DNA of 64,000 nt from Anaeromyxobacteraceae bacterium (GTDB lineage Bacteria; Myxococcota; Myxococcia; Myxococcales; Anaeromyxobacteraceae). The stretch covers positions 608,001 through 672,000 of the forward strand of contig JAULAX010000015.1 in NCBI GenBank assembly GCA_032654565.1. Reading direction: 5' to 3'. Of this stretch, positions 37,550 to 48,064 are shown piece by piece. The number at the start of each line of letters is the position of its first letter. Positions within the stretch are counted from its first letter, which is position 1. Position numbers and translations under genes: made by a program. The notes under the pieces were generated by a model. It saw nothing but the letters and a program-made list of their open reading frames with translations. It made no database searches and was not told the DNA's origin.

Positions 37550-40500
37550 ATGCCCCGCCACGATCGCCCCTTCGCCTCCCTCGCCCTGCTGGCCGTCGCC
37601 CTGGCCGGCCCCGTCGTGCTGGCGGGCTGCTCCAGGCTGAAGCCGGCGGGGGCCATCACCATCCGGCTCCAGGGGCACGGCAACGGCGTGGTGGAGGTCT
37701 ACGGCTCGGGCTCGGGATCCTTCGCCAACGCCCTGCACATCAAGACCTGCTACCTCTCCAGCAACATCTACCACCCGGAGGAGCGCGAGTGCAGCGTCTA
37801 CCTGGGTGACTCGCTCAACGCCGGCGACTTCATCCACCTCCAGTCGCGGGGCAGCGATCCCTACATCCACCTGACCTTCCAGGAGCCGGGCCTGCCGGCG
37901 GTGATGCGTGGCGGCAGTCACGTCATCCGCGCCACGGCCGAGCCTCACCTCGTCGGAGTCACCTACATGGCCTCCGTCCAGGTCGGCACCCACATGGTCC
38001 GGGTGGGGAGGACCGGGGCCGGCGGCTCCGGGCTGATCAAGAGCACGCCCCAGGGGATCCTCTGCCGGCTCGAGGCCGGCGGCCTCGACTCCGGCTTCTG
38101 CCTCATGGAGCTCCCCGCCGGCACGCGGGTCGAGCTGACCGCCGAGCCCGACCTGAACGCCGAGGTGACGGGCTACAACATCGCCGGCTTCTACGACGGA
38201 GCCGGCATCTCCCGAAGCCGCTGCGCCGGCCCGACCTGCGCGTTCACGGTCGACGACGACCTGAGGATCGATGCCCAGCTCGCCACCGTGGCCACCCTGG
38301 CCATCGACTGCGCCGGCGGCGCCGGACGGGTCGTCGGGTCCGCGGCCGGCATCGCCTGTGAGTGCTCGGCCACCGGCAGCGGCCGCGGCACCTGCCGGGC
38401 GGCCAACCTCGCTGGCCGTTCGGTGACGCTGGTGGCCATGCCGTCGACCGCCGCTCCGTTCGAGGGCTGGACCGTCTCGAACGCCCCTGGCCTCTGCCCG
38501 GCCTCGGCCGGGACCAGCTGCGCGCTCACGGTCCCGGAGGGCAGCACCACCGTCTCGGCCAAGTTCGGCCCGAAGCGGCAGCCGGTCCTCCGGATCGAGG
38601 GGGCCGGCGGCGCCGGGAGGGTCACCGTCGGGATGACCGGGCTCGACTGCGTGCTGTCCGGTGCGGGACCGGGCACCGGGACCTGCGCGGTGTCGCTCTC
38701 CGCCAGCTATGGGATCGTCTACGCCGGGTTCGCTCCCGCGGCCGGCTTCCTCTTCGAGAGCCTCACCGGCCTGGAGGGGCTCGGCGGCAACTGCCTGACC
38801 GAGTACTGCAGCTTCATCCTGCCGATGGACGACACCACCCTCCGGGTCAAGTTCCGCCCGGCCGACTGGCCGCGCCTGTCGATTGCGCCTGGCGGCGGAG
38901 ACGGCCTGGTGACCGGGGCGTCCCGCGGCATCGCCTGCGCCCTCGCCGGCACCGGCTCCTCGGGAGCCTGCGGCGCCTGGGTCGAGCCCGGCGCGCCGGT
39001 CACGCTCGCCGCGCTCTCCGCCACCGGCTTCGCCTTCTCCAGCTGGAGCTTCCTGCCTGCCGACCTCGCCACCAGCTGCATCGGCTCGAGCTGCAGCTAC
39101 ACCCCCGCCGTGGGCGTTCCGGTGATCGCCACGGCCACCTTCGTCCCAGGCGCGTCCGCCCTGCGCCGCCTCAGCGTCTCGGGCACGGATCTGCTCGCCG
39201 GAGAAGGCACGGTGACCGGGGACGTGGGGGGGATCTCCTGCACCGTCACCGGGTCGTTTGGCGGGAATGGAACCTGCGGCGTCGACCTGCCCGACGGCAC
39301 GGTGGTGATGCTCAGCGCGACCCCGGCCGCCGGGAGCAGCTTCAACGGCTGGTCGATCCACCCCCCGCCGGCCGTCAGGTGCACCATCCTCGACACCACC
39401 TGCGCGGTGACCCTCACGGCCGACACCCACGTCGTCGCCGGCTTCGACGGGCTCCCCAGGGTGCGGCTCTCCATCGAGGGAACGACCACCTCCGGCACCG
39501 GCAGGGTGACCGGCGACGTGGGCGGCCTCGACTGCGCGGTGACCGGTTCGACCGTGAGCGGCACCTGCCAGACCGCCGTGCAGGTCGGCGCCCCGGTGGT
39601 CCTCACCGCGATCCCGGCCGCCGGCTTCACCTTCTCCGGCTGGTCCTTCACGCCGGCCGACCTCGCCACCAGCTGCCTCGGCTCCAGCTGCACCGTCACG
39701 CCCGCGGCGGGCGCCCAGGTGGTGGCCACGCCCACCTTCGTGCCCATCGTGACCACCACGCGCCACCTCGACGTCTTCGGCTCGGTGCTGCTCTCCGGCG
39801 GCGGCACGGTGACCAGCGACGTGGGGGGGATCAACTGCACCTTCGGCGGCTCCTCGGTCGGCACCGGCACCTGCGGCGCCGACCTGCCCGACGGCACGGT
39901 GGTGACGCTCAGCGCCACCGCCGCCGCGGGGAGCAGCTTCGCCAGCTGGGACGTCCAGCCGCTGCAGGTCGTCCCCTGCACCGCCGGCGCCAAGAGCTGC
40001 GCGGTGACTCTCACCGCCAACACCACCGTCACCGCCGCCTTCGACCGGCTCCCGGCCGTGCGGCTCGTCATCGAGGGGGCCACCGCCTCCGGGAGCGGCA
40101 CCGTCACCAGCGACGTCGGCGGGATCTCCTGCACCGTCTCCGGCTCCACGGTCGGAACCGGCGCCTGCGAAGCCATGGTACCGCCCGGCATGGTGGTGAC
40201 GCTCACCGCCACCCCCGCCGCCGGCAGCGGCCCTGCCAGCTGGACCGGCTGGCCGGCGCCGGCCGGCGCCTGCGCCCCCGGCCCCACCTGCGTCGTGACC
40301 GTGACCGCCGCCAGCACGGTCCAGGTCGGGTTCGACCAGCTCCCCACGGTGCGGCTCACGGTGGACGGCGGCGTCACCGGGTCGCCGGGCATGCCCGGCG
40401 GGCGCGTCACCAGCGACGTGGGTGGCATCGACTGCACGCCGTACGGCTACCGGGTCGAGGGGACCTGCACCGCCGACGTCGCCCCCGGCACGCTGGTGAC

Positions 40501-40984
40501 GCTGACCGCCATACCCAGCGGCAGCTATCTCTTCGAGTCGATCAGCTACTCGACCGGGCAGCCTGCTTGCACCTCGTCGCCCTGCCAGGTCACGGTGAGC
40601 GCCGCGACCACGGCCACCGCGGCCTTCGCCGCGCCGCCGCCCACCCGGACGGTGACCATCACCGCCGGCGGCTGGGACACCTCCGTCACCCCGGCCGCCG
40701 AGCTGACCACCGCCGGTGAGGCGGGGACCATCGTGGCCACCTCGGCAGGTGCCAGCTGTGACTTCACCACCTGCGCCGCACCCAACGCGCCCTACCTCCC
40801 CGGCGCCGTGGCCTGCCGGTGCACGCCGCTGGCCTCCGCCACCGTGGTGCTCCAGGCCACCCCCAAGCCGGGCTACTCCTTCAGCGAGTGGGCCGCCGGC
40901 TGCTCCACGACCAACGGGAGCGAGTGCACCATCGACCCGAGCGGGATCCCGGCCTTCGTGAGCGCGACCTTCACGAAGCCCTGA
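37550..40984 (+). CDS. Large Cys-rich surface lipoprotein with divergent InlB B-repeat-like domains
   Basis: Lipobox VLAG-C; recurring ~95-aa units G.G.VTSDVGGI.C...GTC...GT.VTLTA.PAAGSSF..W...C....C.VT......V.A.F. Confidence 0.85.
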   Translation: MPRHDRPFASLALLAVALAGPVVLAGCSRLKPAGAITIRLQGHGNGVVEVYGSGSGSFANALHIKTCYLSSNIYHPEERECSVYLGDSLNAGDFIHLQSRGSDPYIHLTFQEPGLPAVMRGGSHVIRATAEPHLVGVTYMASVQVGTHMVRVGRTGAGGSGLIKSTPQGILCRLEAGGLDSGFCLMELPAGTRVELTAEPDLNAEVTGYNIAGFYDGAGISRSRCAGPTCAFTVDDDLRIDAQLATVATLAIDCAGGAGRVVGSAAGIACECSATGSGRGTCRAANLAGRSVTLVAMPSTAAPFEGWTVSNAPGLCPASAGTSCALTVPEGSTTVSAKFGPKRQPVLRIEGAGGAGRVTVGMTGLDCVLSGAGPGTGTCAVSLSASYGIVYAGFAPAAGFLFESLTGLEGLGGNCLTEYCSFILPMDDTTLRVKFRPADWPRLSIAPGGGDGLVTGASRGIACALAGTGSSGACGAWVEPGAPVTLAALSATGFAFSSWSFLPADLATSCIGSSCSYTPAVGVPVIATATFVPGASALRRLSVSGTDLLAGEGTVTGDVGGISCTVTGSFGGNGTCGVDLPDGTVVMLSATPAAGSSFNGWSIHPPPAVRCTILDTTCAVTLTADTHVVAGFDGLPRVRLSIEGTTTSGTGRVTGDVGGLDCAVTGSTVSGTCQTAVQVGAPVVLTAIPAAGFTFSGWSFTPADLATSCLGSSCTVTPAAGAQVVATPTFVPIVTTTRHLDVFGSVLLSGGGTVTSDVGGINCTFGGSSVGTGTCGADLPDGTVVTLSATAAAGSSFASWDVQPLQVVPCTAGAKSCAVTLTANTTVTAAFDRLPAVRLVIEGATASGSGTVTSDVGGISCTVSGSTVGTGACEAMVPPGMVVTLTATPAAGSGPASWTGWPAPAGACAPGPTCVVTVTAASTVQVGFDQLPTVRLTVDGGVTGSPGMPGGRVTSDVGGIDCTPYGYRVEGTCTADVAPGTLVTLTAIPSGSYLFESISYSTGQPACTSSPCQVTVSAATTATAAFAAPPPTRTVTITAGGWDTSVTPAAELTTAGEAGTIVATSAGASCDFTTCAAPNAPYLPGAVACRCTPLASATVVLQATPKPGYSFSEWAAGCSTTNGSECTIDPSGIPAFVSATFTKP

Positions 40985-41147
40985 CCCGCCCGCCGAAGGA
41001 AGAGCCGCCGCCGGTGCCGTTGCTCAGGCAATCAGGAACGGGACATGCCGGCCACGGATCGGCGGTGCGCCAGCCTGGAGCGCAGGCCCGCCGATCCAGG
41101 CGACGCGCAGCGACGAGGGAATCAAACTGAACAGCCAGGATGAGAAG

Positions 41148-41173
41148 GGGGCGGACCCCTTCGGATCCGCCCC
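41148..41173. terminator. Hairpin between convergent genes
   Basis: ggggcgga...tccgcccc stem, about 45 bp past the phoX stop. Confidence 0.5.
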
Positions 41174-41219
41174 TCGTTCATCCGGCCGGAGCCGGCCCTG
41201 GAGCCCCCCAGGGTGAAGA

Positions 41220-43505
41220 CTACTTGGCGCCGGGCCAGGTGCTGAAGTTGTCCTCGCCCGGGTGCTGCACGTTGAAGAAGAGCGTGCGCTGGTCGGAGGA
41301 GAAGGCCGGCCCGGTGGCCTCGGCGTCGCTGGGGACGGCCGCGATGCGGAATGGCTTGCCGTAGGTGACCGTGCTGGTCGCCCGGTGCGCCGGATCGAGG
41401 TCCAGGTAGTAGAGCGCGTCGGAGTGCTTGTTGGTGCCGAAGTTGCCGTCGGTGCCGAACCAGACGCCGCCCTCACGGTCGATCATCAGGTTGTCCGGGT
41501 TGGCGGCGTCCTGCAGGCCGGTGCCGCCGGTGCCGAGCCAGGGGATGAAGTAGGTGAAGGTGCTGGAGGTCGAGGGGTCGGCCGCGTTGGCCTCCTGAAT
41601 GGCCCAGATCGAGCCGTAGGGATCGGGCCGAACCGCGACGCTGGCGGTCAGCAGGCCGTCCTGGTTGAGCGCCGGGCGGGTGCCGTTCTTGGTGAGCGCG
41701 GCGTAGAGGCGCGGCGTGCCCGACGCATCCTTCGGGTTCCACTCCAGGTCCTCGGGCCGGTTGAGCTCCATGACGCCGATCTTGTTGGAGGCGGTGAAGA
41801 GGGCGCGGCGCACCGCGTCGACGTCGGGGAAGCCGCCCAGCCCATTCCAGCTGAGGTCCTTGAGCGCGTTTCCGATGGTGGTGCCGGCGGCCAGCGTGCC
41901 CTTCCCGGCGTTGGGGGCCACGTCGGTGGAGGTGGTGGAGAGCAGCAGCCACCGGCCCGAGCCGGGCGCCGCCTCGGTCGGGGTGACGGCGGCGCCGCCG
42001 CCGGCCGGGAGGATCTTCAGGCCGGTCACGTTGTCGAGCCCGTCGAACTGGGCCACGTAGAGCGACCCGGCGTCGAGGAGGGCGCGGGCCTGGGCCTTGG
42101 TCATGCCGGCCGTGTAGGGCGCGGCGGAGACCCACTTGTAGATGCGGCCGCTGCGGCGGTCGTCACCGGCGTAGACCACCACCTTCTGCCCCACCGGCAG
42201 CTTCCAGGAGGCGTCGACGACGAAGGTGGCGTTCTCCCAGCGGGCCCGGCCGAAGACGCCGAGCTTGCGGTGGCCGACGCCAGCGGTGGTCTTGCCGTAG
42301 TACTCGCCGGCGGCGGCGCCCGGGTCGATCTCGGCGAGGTAGCCGAGGTGGTCCTTCGAGTGCACGGCGGTGGCGGCCGGGTTCTGGCCCAGCACCGAGG
42401 TCGGGGAGGCCGGGTAGTCGAAGCTGACGTTGGCGCCGGGGTTGAAGCCCTTGCCGGCCACGAACTGGTTGGAGGAGCTCCAGACCGGCTCGAGGTCACC
42501 GACGAGGTCCTGTGGGTTCTCCTCGCCGGCGAGGATGGTCCCCCAGGGGGTCTGGGCGCCGGAGCAGCTCGAGGCGGTCCCGGGGATGACGCCGGCGGCC
42601 AGCGCCGTCCCGTCGTCGGCGCTGGCGATGCCGGAGCCGAGCGCCATGCCGGTGAGGGCCAGCAGCGTGTCGCTGGTGGCGTCGTAGCGCTTGTTGGCAG
42701 CGCCGAGGTCGACCTGCCAGGCGAGGGTGGCCGGGTCCTGCACGACGCGCATCCAGGTGCCGCCCAGCTGCTTCTTGTACTCGCGCAGGTAGGTGGTGAG
42801 CGAAGCGGCGTCGAAGGGCTTGGTGACGTCATTGGAGAGCAATCCCTGCCGGGCCAGCTCCTTCGCCAGCTGGAGGTTCTGGCCGGTGGGGGCGGCGGTC
42901 AGGCTCGGAGCGCCGTTCGAGATGTACTCGTGGTTGACATAGACCCAGCCGGAGCTGCCCGAGCCGTTCCACTGCGGCGCTGCGCCAGGCGTGGCGTCCC
43001 AGCCGTCGCCGAAGAAGGCGATGTAGTCGTTGTTGGCGCCGAAGCGCGGGGTGGCGGTGCCGAGGCTGAAGGCGAGCGGGTCCATCCAGGAGGCGACCAC
43101 GCTCGGGTGGACGCCGGCCAGCGCGCGCAGGTCGTCGGTGGCGCTGGCGGCCACGAAGGCGGAGGCGGCGGTGCGGGTCCCGGCGGCGACCTCGCCGACC
43201 AGCCCCTTCACGTGGGTGGGGAGGTCGCCGGTGGCGCCGGTGAAGGCGAGCGCGACCATGGAGGGGAGGTTGGGGCCGGGCGCGGTCGGGCCAACGGGAC
43301 CAGTGGGGCCGGTGGGGCCAGCAGGGCCGGTGGGGCCGGTAGGACCAGAGGGACCGGTAGAACCAGCAGAACCAGCAGAACCTGCAGGACCGGTGGGACC
43401 GGTGGGACCAGCAGGACCGGCGCTGCCGGAGTCCCCGGTGCAAGCAGTGAGAGAGATGGTGAGTGCGGCGAGCGACAGGCCGAGCTTGAGCGGACTGCGA
43501 TTCAT
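41220..43505 (-). CDS. phoX: PhoX-family alkaline phosphatase, lipoprotein with collagen-like spacer
   Basis: [49 protein letters not shown] lipobox; 17 Gly-X-Y triplets. Confidence 0.9.
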   Translation of the reverse strand: MNRSPLKLGLSLAALTISLTACTGDSGSAGPAGPTGPTGPAGSAGSAGSTGPSGPTGPTGPAGPTGPTGPVGPTAPGPNLPSMVALAFTGATGDLPTHVKGLVGEVAAGTRTAASAFVAASATDDLRALAGVHPSVVASWMDPLAFSLGTATPRFGANNDYIAFFGDGWDATPGAAPQWNGSGSSGWVYVNHEYISNGAPSLTAAPTGQNLQLAKELARQGLLSNDVTKPFDAASLTTYLREYKKQLGGTWMRVVQDPATLAWQVDLGAANKRYDATSDTLLALTGMALGSGIASADDGTALAAGVIPGTASSCSGAQTPWGTILAGEENPQDLVGDLEPVWSSSNQFVAGKGFNPGANVSFDYPASPTSVLGQNPAATAVHSKDHLGYLAEIDPGAAAGEYYGKTTAGVGHRKLGVFGRARWENATFVVDASWKLPVGQKVVVYAGDDRRSGRIYKWVSAAPYTAGMTKAQARALLDAGSLYVAQFDGLDNVTGLKILPAGGGAAVTPTEAAPGSGRWLLLSTTSTDVAPNAGKGTLAAGTTIGNALKDLSWNGLGGFPDVDAVRRALFTASNKIGVMELNRPEDLEWNPKDASGTPRLYAALTKNGTRPALNQDGLLTASVAVRPDPYGSIWAIQEANAADPSTSSTFTYFIPWLGTGGTGLQDAANPDNLMIDREGGVWFGTDGNFGTNKHSDALYYLDLDPAHRATSTVTYGKPFRIAAVPSDAEATGPAFSSDQRTLFFNVQHPGEDNFSTWPGAK

Positions 43506-43654
43506 GAGCGGTGACCTCCCGTCCGGAGATGGACCACTCGCTCATACGTCCCGCTCGCGGGGGCGACCGGGACGGGTGCGTGAAGGCTCGGCGTCGCGGC
43601 GGTGTCGCCGTCACCAATACGACACAGGCGGCGCTGCCCGGGTCGATGGCGTCC

Positions 43655-44689
43655 TCACCACCGCGCCCGCAGCCTGGCCGCAGAGGCCTCCGGGGCCTCG
43701 GTGTGCACGTCGTCGCCGCCGAAGAGCGGCCCGAACCAGCTCTCGTAGTTCACGTACATGGGCTTGAACGGCGGGCGCGAGCAGGCCCGCACCTGCAGGG
43801 CGAACTCGCCGCCACGCCCCGGCGCCGGGCTGGAGAGGAAGGCGAAGTTGAAGGGGTGGGCCCCCACCTCCTCGTAGAAGGAGAGGACCCGGTGCAGGCC
43901 GGCGGCCAGCCCCTCGACCGCGGCGTCGTCGAGCTCGACCAGGCTGCCCACCCCCGGCACCAGCCCCCAGACCTCGCGCTGGTGGGTCGGGGCGAAGGCG
44001 GCCAGCCACTCCACCGGGCCGTCGCGCCCCAGGTACCGGCCCCCGGCGGCGCGCTCCGACTCGACCAGCTCGCGCCAGAAGTCCCGGCCGGTGCGGGCCC
44101 GCCAGGCGGCGCTGGCCTCGAGCAGGCGGGTCACGCCGGAGTAGGGGACGCCGCGCACGTGCACCTGGAAGTGCGGGTGGGGGACGCTGGAGCCGGCCGG
44201 CGGCAGGAAGTTCATCCCCACCAGGTGGTGGACGGCGCGCGGATCGGCGGCGCGGGCCCGGCGCACCAGCTCGGCCGCGGCGCGGATGCCGTTGGCCAGC
44301 GCCGCCGCCCCGACCCGGGACGGGAAGAGCACGTGGTTGGCGACGTCGAGGACCACCACCGAGTCGCGGGTGCACTTGGAGAAGAGGTTGGGCATGGCCA
44401 GGGCCCCGCCGAAGCGGAGCTGCCCCTCCGGCGCGAAGGACGGGTCGTAGCGGGTCCCCTTCTCGGCGGCGCCGCAGAACGGGCAGCCGGCCCGGCTCTT
44501 CTCCTGCAGCTCCTCGAGGAGCGGCAGGTCGGCCACCCCGAGGAAGACCCGGGCCTTCTCGCCCAGCGCCAGGTTGATGGAGGCCACCTGCCCGGTGAGC
44601 GGGTCGGTGCGGTGCTCGATCACCTGCTCGACCGGCTGGCCGGAGGGATCGAGGAGGGTGGCCTTCTCGGTGATCGAGACCAGGTCCAT
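43655..44689 (-). CDS. Galactose-1-phosphate uridylyltransferase-like (HIT superfamily) protein
   Basis: R.DPLTG, CPFC, PNLF, AGSSVPHPHFQ. Confidence 0.85.
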   Translation of the reverse strand: MDLVSITEKATLLDPSGQPVEQVIEHRTDPLTGQVASINLALGEKARVFLGVADLPLLEELQEKSRAGCPFCGAAEKGTRYDPSFAPEGQLRFGGALAMPNLFSKCTRDSVVVLDVANHVLFPSRVGAAALANGIRAAAELVRRARAADPRAVHHLVGMNFLPPAGSSVPHPHFQVHVRGVPYSGVTRLLEASAAWRARTGRDFWRELVESERAAGGRYLGRDGPVEWLAAFAPTHQREVWGLVPGVGSLVELDDAAVEGLAAGLHRVLSFYEEVGAHPFNFAFLSSPAPGRGGEFALQVRACSRPPFKPMYVNYESWFGPLFGGDDVHTEAPEASAARLRARW

Positions 44690-44837
44690 GTGCGGCTCCG
44701 CAGGTGGAGGGAGGGGGGTGCCGCCGCCGACGATAGCGCAGCGGGAGGTGGCCGGGCGCCCCGGCGCCGCATTTCGGCTACCCTGAGGCCTCCCGGCGTC
44801 CCCCTCCGCTCCCGCACGCCGGCCCCCCGGAGCCTGC

Positions 44838-47471
44838 ATGTCCATCGAAGCGCGCCTCCTCGGCCTCATCGTCGGCCTCCACCTCGCCGCCGCGCCGCTG
44901 GCCGCCGCCGCGGCCGCGCCGGCGGTGCCCAGCCCGCGCCAGGCCTTCGGCTTCGAGCCCGGCGAGGACCGCGCGCTCGTCGACTACCCCCAGCTGGTCG
45001 GCTACCTGCAGGACGTCGCCCGGGCCTCCGACCGGGTGCGGCTGCGCGAGGTGGGGAAGAGCCCGGAGGGGCGCCCCATGTACGTGGTCTTCGTCTCGGC
45101 GCCGGAGAACCTGGCCCGGCTCGAGGAGCTGCGGCGCATCAACCAGCGGCTGGCGCTCGACCCGGCCATCCCGGCCGCGGAGCGGGCCCGGCTGGTCCGC
45201 GACGGGCGGGTCTTCCTCATGGAGACGCTCTCGATGCACTCCGACGAGGTGGGGCCGGCCCAGGCCCTGCCGGCCTGGGTCCACGAGCTCGCCACCACCC
45301 GGGATCCGGCCACCCTGGCCCGCCTCGACAAGGTGGTCCTGATGATCGTCCCCACCCACAACCCCGACGGCATGGAGATGGTGGTCCGCTACTACCGCCA
45401 GTCGAAGGGGACGCCCTACCAGGGGGCCGACTTCCCCGGCCTCTACCACCGCTACGTCGGCCACGACAACAACCGGGACTACGTCACGCTCACGCAGTCC
45501 GACACCCGGGTGGTGAGCCGGCTCTACTCCACCGAGTGGTACCCGCAGGTGCTGGTGGACAAGCACCAGATGGGCGAGACCGGCCCGCGCTACTTCGTCC
45601 CGCCCAGCCACGACCCCATCGCCGAGAACGTCGACGAGTCGCTCTGGACCTGGTGCGCCTCGCTGGGGAGCGCCATGTCCCGGGACATGGGGGCCGACGG
45701 CCTGGCCGGGGTGGCCACCCACTGGGCCTTCGACGACTACTGGCCGGGCTCCACCGAGACCTCGGCCTGGAAGAACGTGGTGAGCCTGCTCACCGAGGCG
45801 GCCAGCGCCCGCGTCGCCACCCCGCTCTGGATCGAGCCCAACGAGCTCTCCGGCCGCGGCAAGGGGCTCGCCGAGTACCGGAAGAGCGTCAACATGCCCG
45901 CCCCCTGGCCGGGCGGCTGGTGGCGCCTCGCCGACATCGTCGCCTACGAGCTCTCCTCGTCCCGCTCGCTGCTGCGCTCCGCCGCCGAGCACAAGGACGA
46001 GCTGCTGACGCTGCGCAATGACCTGGCCGTCAAGGCGGTGGCCCTGGGGCGGAGCGCGCCGCCCTACCACTTCGTCCTGCCGCGCCGGCAGCACGACCCG
46101 GGCGCGCTGGCCGAGCTGACGCGGCTGCTCGGCGAGCACGGGGTGGTGGTCCAGGAGCTGGGCGCGCCGGTGACGGTGGACGGCCAGGCCTTCGAGGCCG
46201 GTGACGTGGTGGTGCCGCTGGCCCAGCCCTACCGCGCCTTCGTCAAGGAGGTGCTGGAGTCGCAGCGCTTCCCGCAGCGCCACTACACGCCGGGCGGCGA
46301 GCTCATCAAGCCCTACGACATCACCAGCTGGTCGCTCACCGCCCAGGCCGGCCTGCAGGTGGTGACGCTCACCACCCGCTCGGCCCCGCTGGAGGCGGCG
46401 CTGCGCCCGCTCTCCGCCCCGGCCGCGAGGCCGCCGACCCCGGCGGGCAGCTGGGGGCTCGGCTTCCCGGCCCAGGCCAACGACTCGCACCGGGCCGCCT
46501 GGGCGGCGCTGGCCCAGGGGCTGGAGGTGTCGCGCCTGCGCGCCCCGCTGGCGGTGGAGGGGCGGACCCTCGCGGCCGGCAGCTTCCTGGTGCACGGTCC
46601 GCCGGACGCGTTGACCGCGCTGGCGGCCGGCGTGGCGGCGCCGCCGGTGGTGCTGCCCCGGGCCCCGGTCGCGCCGGCGACGCGGGTCAAGCCGCCGCGC
46701 GTCGGCCTGGTGGAGACCTGGTTCGAGCACGCCGACTCGGGCTGGACCCGCTGGCTCCTCGACGACTACCGCGTCCCCTTCACCGTGATCCGGCCCGGCG
46801 ACCTGGCCCGGGCCGACCTCGGCAAGCTCGACGTGCTGGTCTTCCCCAGCGCCGAGAAGACCATCCTCACCAAGGGGCTCTACAAGGACGACGAGGTGCT
46901 GCGGGCCCCCGACTATCCGCCGGCCTACCGCCAGGGGCTCGGGGCCAAGGGGGTGGAGCGGCTGGTGGCCTTCATCGAGCGGGGCGGCACGGTGCTGGCC
47001 TGGGGCGACTCGGTGGGGCTCTTCACCGACGAGCTCAAGCTGAAGCGGCCCGGGCGGGACGACGAGGAGACCATCCAGCTGCCGGTGCGGGAGGTGAGCG
47101 AGGACCGGCAGAAGAAGAAGAAGCTCTACGTCCCCGGCGCCTGGCTCAAGCTGCTGGTGCGCAACGACCACCCGCTCACCTGGGGGATACCGGCCGAGGC
47201 CGGCGCCTTCTCGCGGGGACACGCGCTGGAGACCACCACGCCGCGGCCGGACACCGACCGGCGCGTGCTGGCCCGCTACCCGGAGCGCGGGCTGCTCGGC
47301 AGCGGCTACCTCGAGCACGAGGAGGTCATCGCCGACTCACCGGCGGTGGTCTGGGTCCGGCTGGGGAAGGGGCAGCTGGCGCTGCTGGCCTTCAGCCCGC
47401 AGGGCCGGGCCTCGACGCCGGCCACCTACAAGCTGCTGTTCAACGGCCTGCTGCTGCCACCGCTGGAGTGA
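44838..47471 (+). CDS. Secreted M14 zinc carboxypeptidase-family protein with C-terminal GATase-like domain
   Basis: HSDE, NPDG, HDNNRD, DKHQMG, YDITSWSL; signal peptide. Confidence 0.9.
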   Translation: MSIEARLLGLIVGLHLAAAPLAAAAAAPAVPSPRQAFGFEPGEDRALVDYPQLVGYLQDVARASDRVRLREVGKSPEGRPMYVVFVSAPENLARLEELRRINQRLALDPAIPAAERARLVRDGRVFLMETLSMHSDEVGPAQALPAWVHELATTRDPATLARLDKVVLMIVPTHNPDGMEMVVRYYRQSKGTPYQGADFPGLYHRYVGHDNNRDYVTLTQSDTRVVSRLYSTEWYPQVLVDKHQMGETGPRYFVPPSHDPIAENVDESLWTWCASLGSAMSRDMGADGLAGVATHWAFDDYWPGSTETSAWKNVVSLLTEAASARVATPLWIEPNELSGRGKGLAEYRKSVNMPAPWPGGWWRLADIVAYELSSSRSLLRSAAEHKDELLTLRNDLAVKAVALGRSAPPYHFVLPRRQHDPGALAELTRLLGEHGVVVQELGAPVTVDGQAFEAGDVVVPLAQPYRAFVKEVLESQRFPQRHYTPGGELIKPYDITSWSLTAQAGLQVVTLTTRSAPLEAALRPLSAPAARPPTPAGSWGLGFPAQANDSHRAAWAALAQGLEVSRLRAPLAVEGRTLAAGSFLVHGPPDALTALAAGVAAPPVVLPRAPVAPATRVKPPRVGLVETWFEHADSGWTRWLLDDYRVPFTVIRPGDLARADLGKLDVLVFPSAEKTILTKGLYKDDEVLRAPDYPPAYRQGLGAKGVERLVAFIERGGTVLAWGDSVGLFTDELKLKRPGRDDEETIQLPVREVSEDRQKKKKLYVPGAWLKLLVRNDHPLTWGIPAEAGAFSRGHALETTTPRPDTDRRVLARYPERGLLGSGYLEHEEVIADSPAVVWVRLGKGQLALLAFSPQGRASTPATYKLLFNGLLLPPLE

Positions 47472-47478
47472 GGCGACC

Positions 47479-47949
47479 ATGAAGAAGGCGATCCAGGACC
47501 TGCTGCCCGGCAACCACTGCTGGGGGTGTGGGTCCGACAACCCGCACGGCCTCCGCATCAAGAGCTACCTCGAGGGCGACGACACGGTCTGCCGGTTCCA
47601 GCCCTCGCCGCAGCACATGGCCGGGCCGACCCACGTGGTCTACGGCGGCATCATCGCCTCGGTCATCGACTGCCACTCCGTGATCACCGCCATCGCCGAC
47701 CTGCACCGGGTCGAGGGGCGGGAGGTGGGGAGCGCCCCGCCGCTCTGGGCAGTGACCGCCTCGCTCAAGATCGACTACCTGGCCCCGGTGCCCATCGACC
47801 AGCCCATGGAGCTGCGGGCCCGGGTGCGCGAGACCCGGGGGCGGAAGCGGATCGTCGACTGCACCCTGAGCTCGGGCGGCACGATCTGCGCCCGGGCCGA
47901 GGTGGTGGCGGTGACGGTCTCGGCCGCCTGGACCACGCCGCCGGCCTGA
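47479..47949 (+). CDS. PaaI/hotdog-fold thioesterase
   Basis: CWGCG..NP.GL, VYGGIIASVIDCH, VTASLKIDYLAP. Confidence 0.9.
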   Translation: MKKAIQDLLPGNHCWGCGSDNPHGLRIKSYLEGDDTVCRFQPSPQHMAGPTHVVYGGIIASVIDCHSVITAIADLHRVEGREVGSAPPLWAVTASLKIDYLAPVPIDQPMELRARVRETRGRKRIVDCTLSSGGTICARAEVVAVTVSAAWTTPPA

Positions 47950-48064
47950 CGGCTGGCCAGCTTCGCTCCGAGTCGCTAGCATCCGCTCCAGATCCGTCAC
48001 GCGCCCGGCCCTCACCCAGGTTATGTCCCCCCGACCCGTCACGCCTTCGCACCGGAGACCCGAC

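Noticed and set aside
43590..43625. Pho box upstream of phoX (and GTCAC words upstream of phoD)
   Set aside because: Only weak GTCAC/GACAC matches in very GC-rich DNA; not distinguishable from chance
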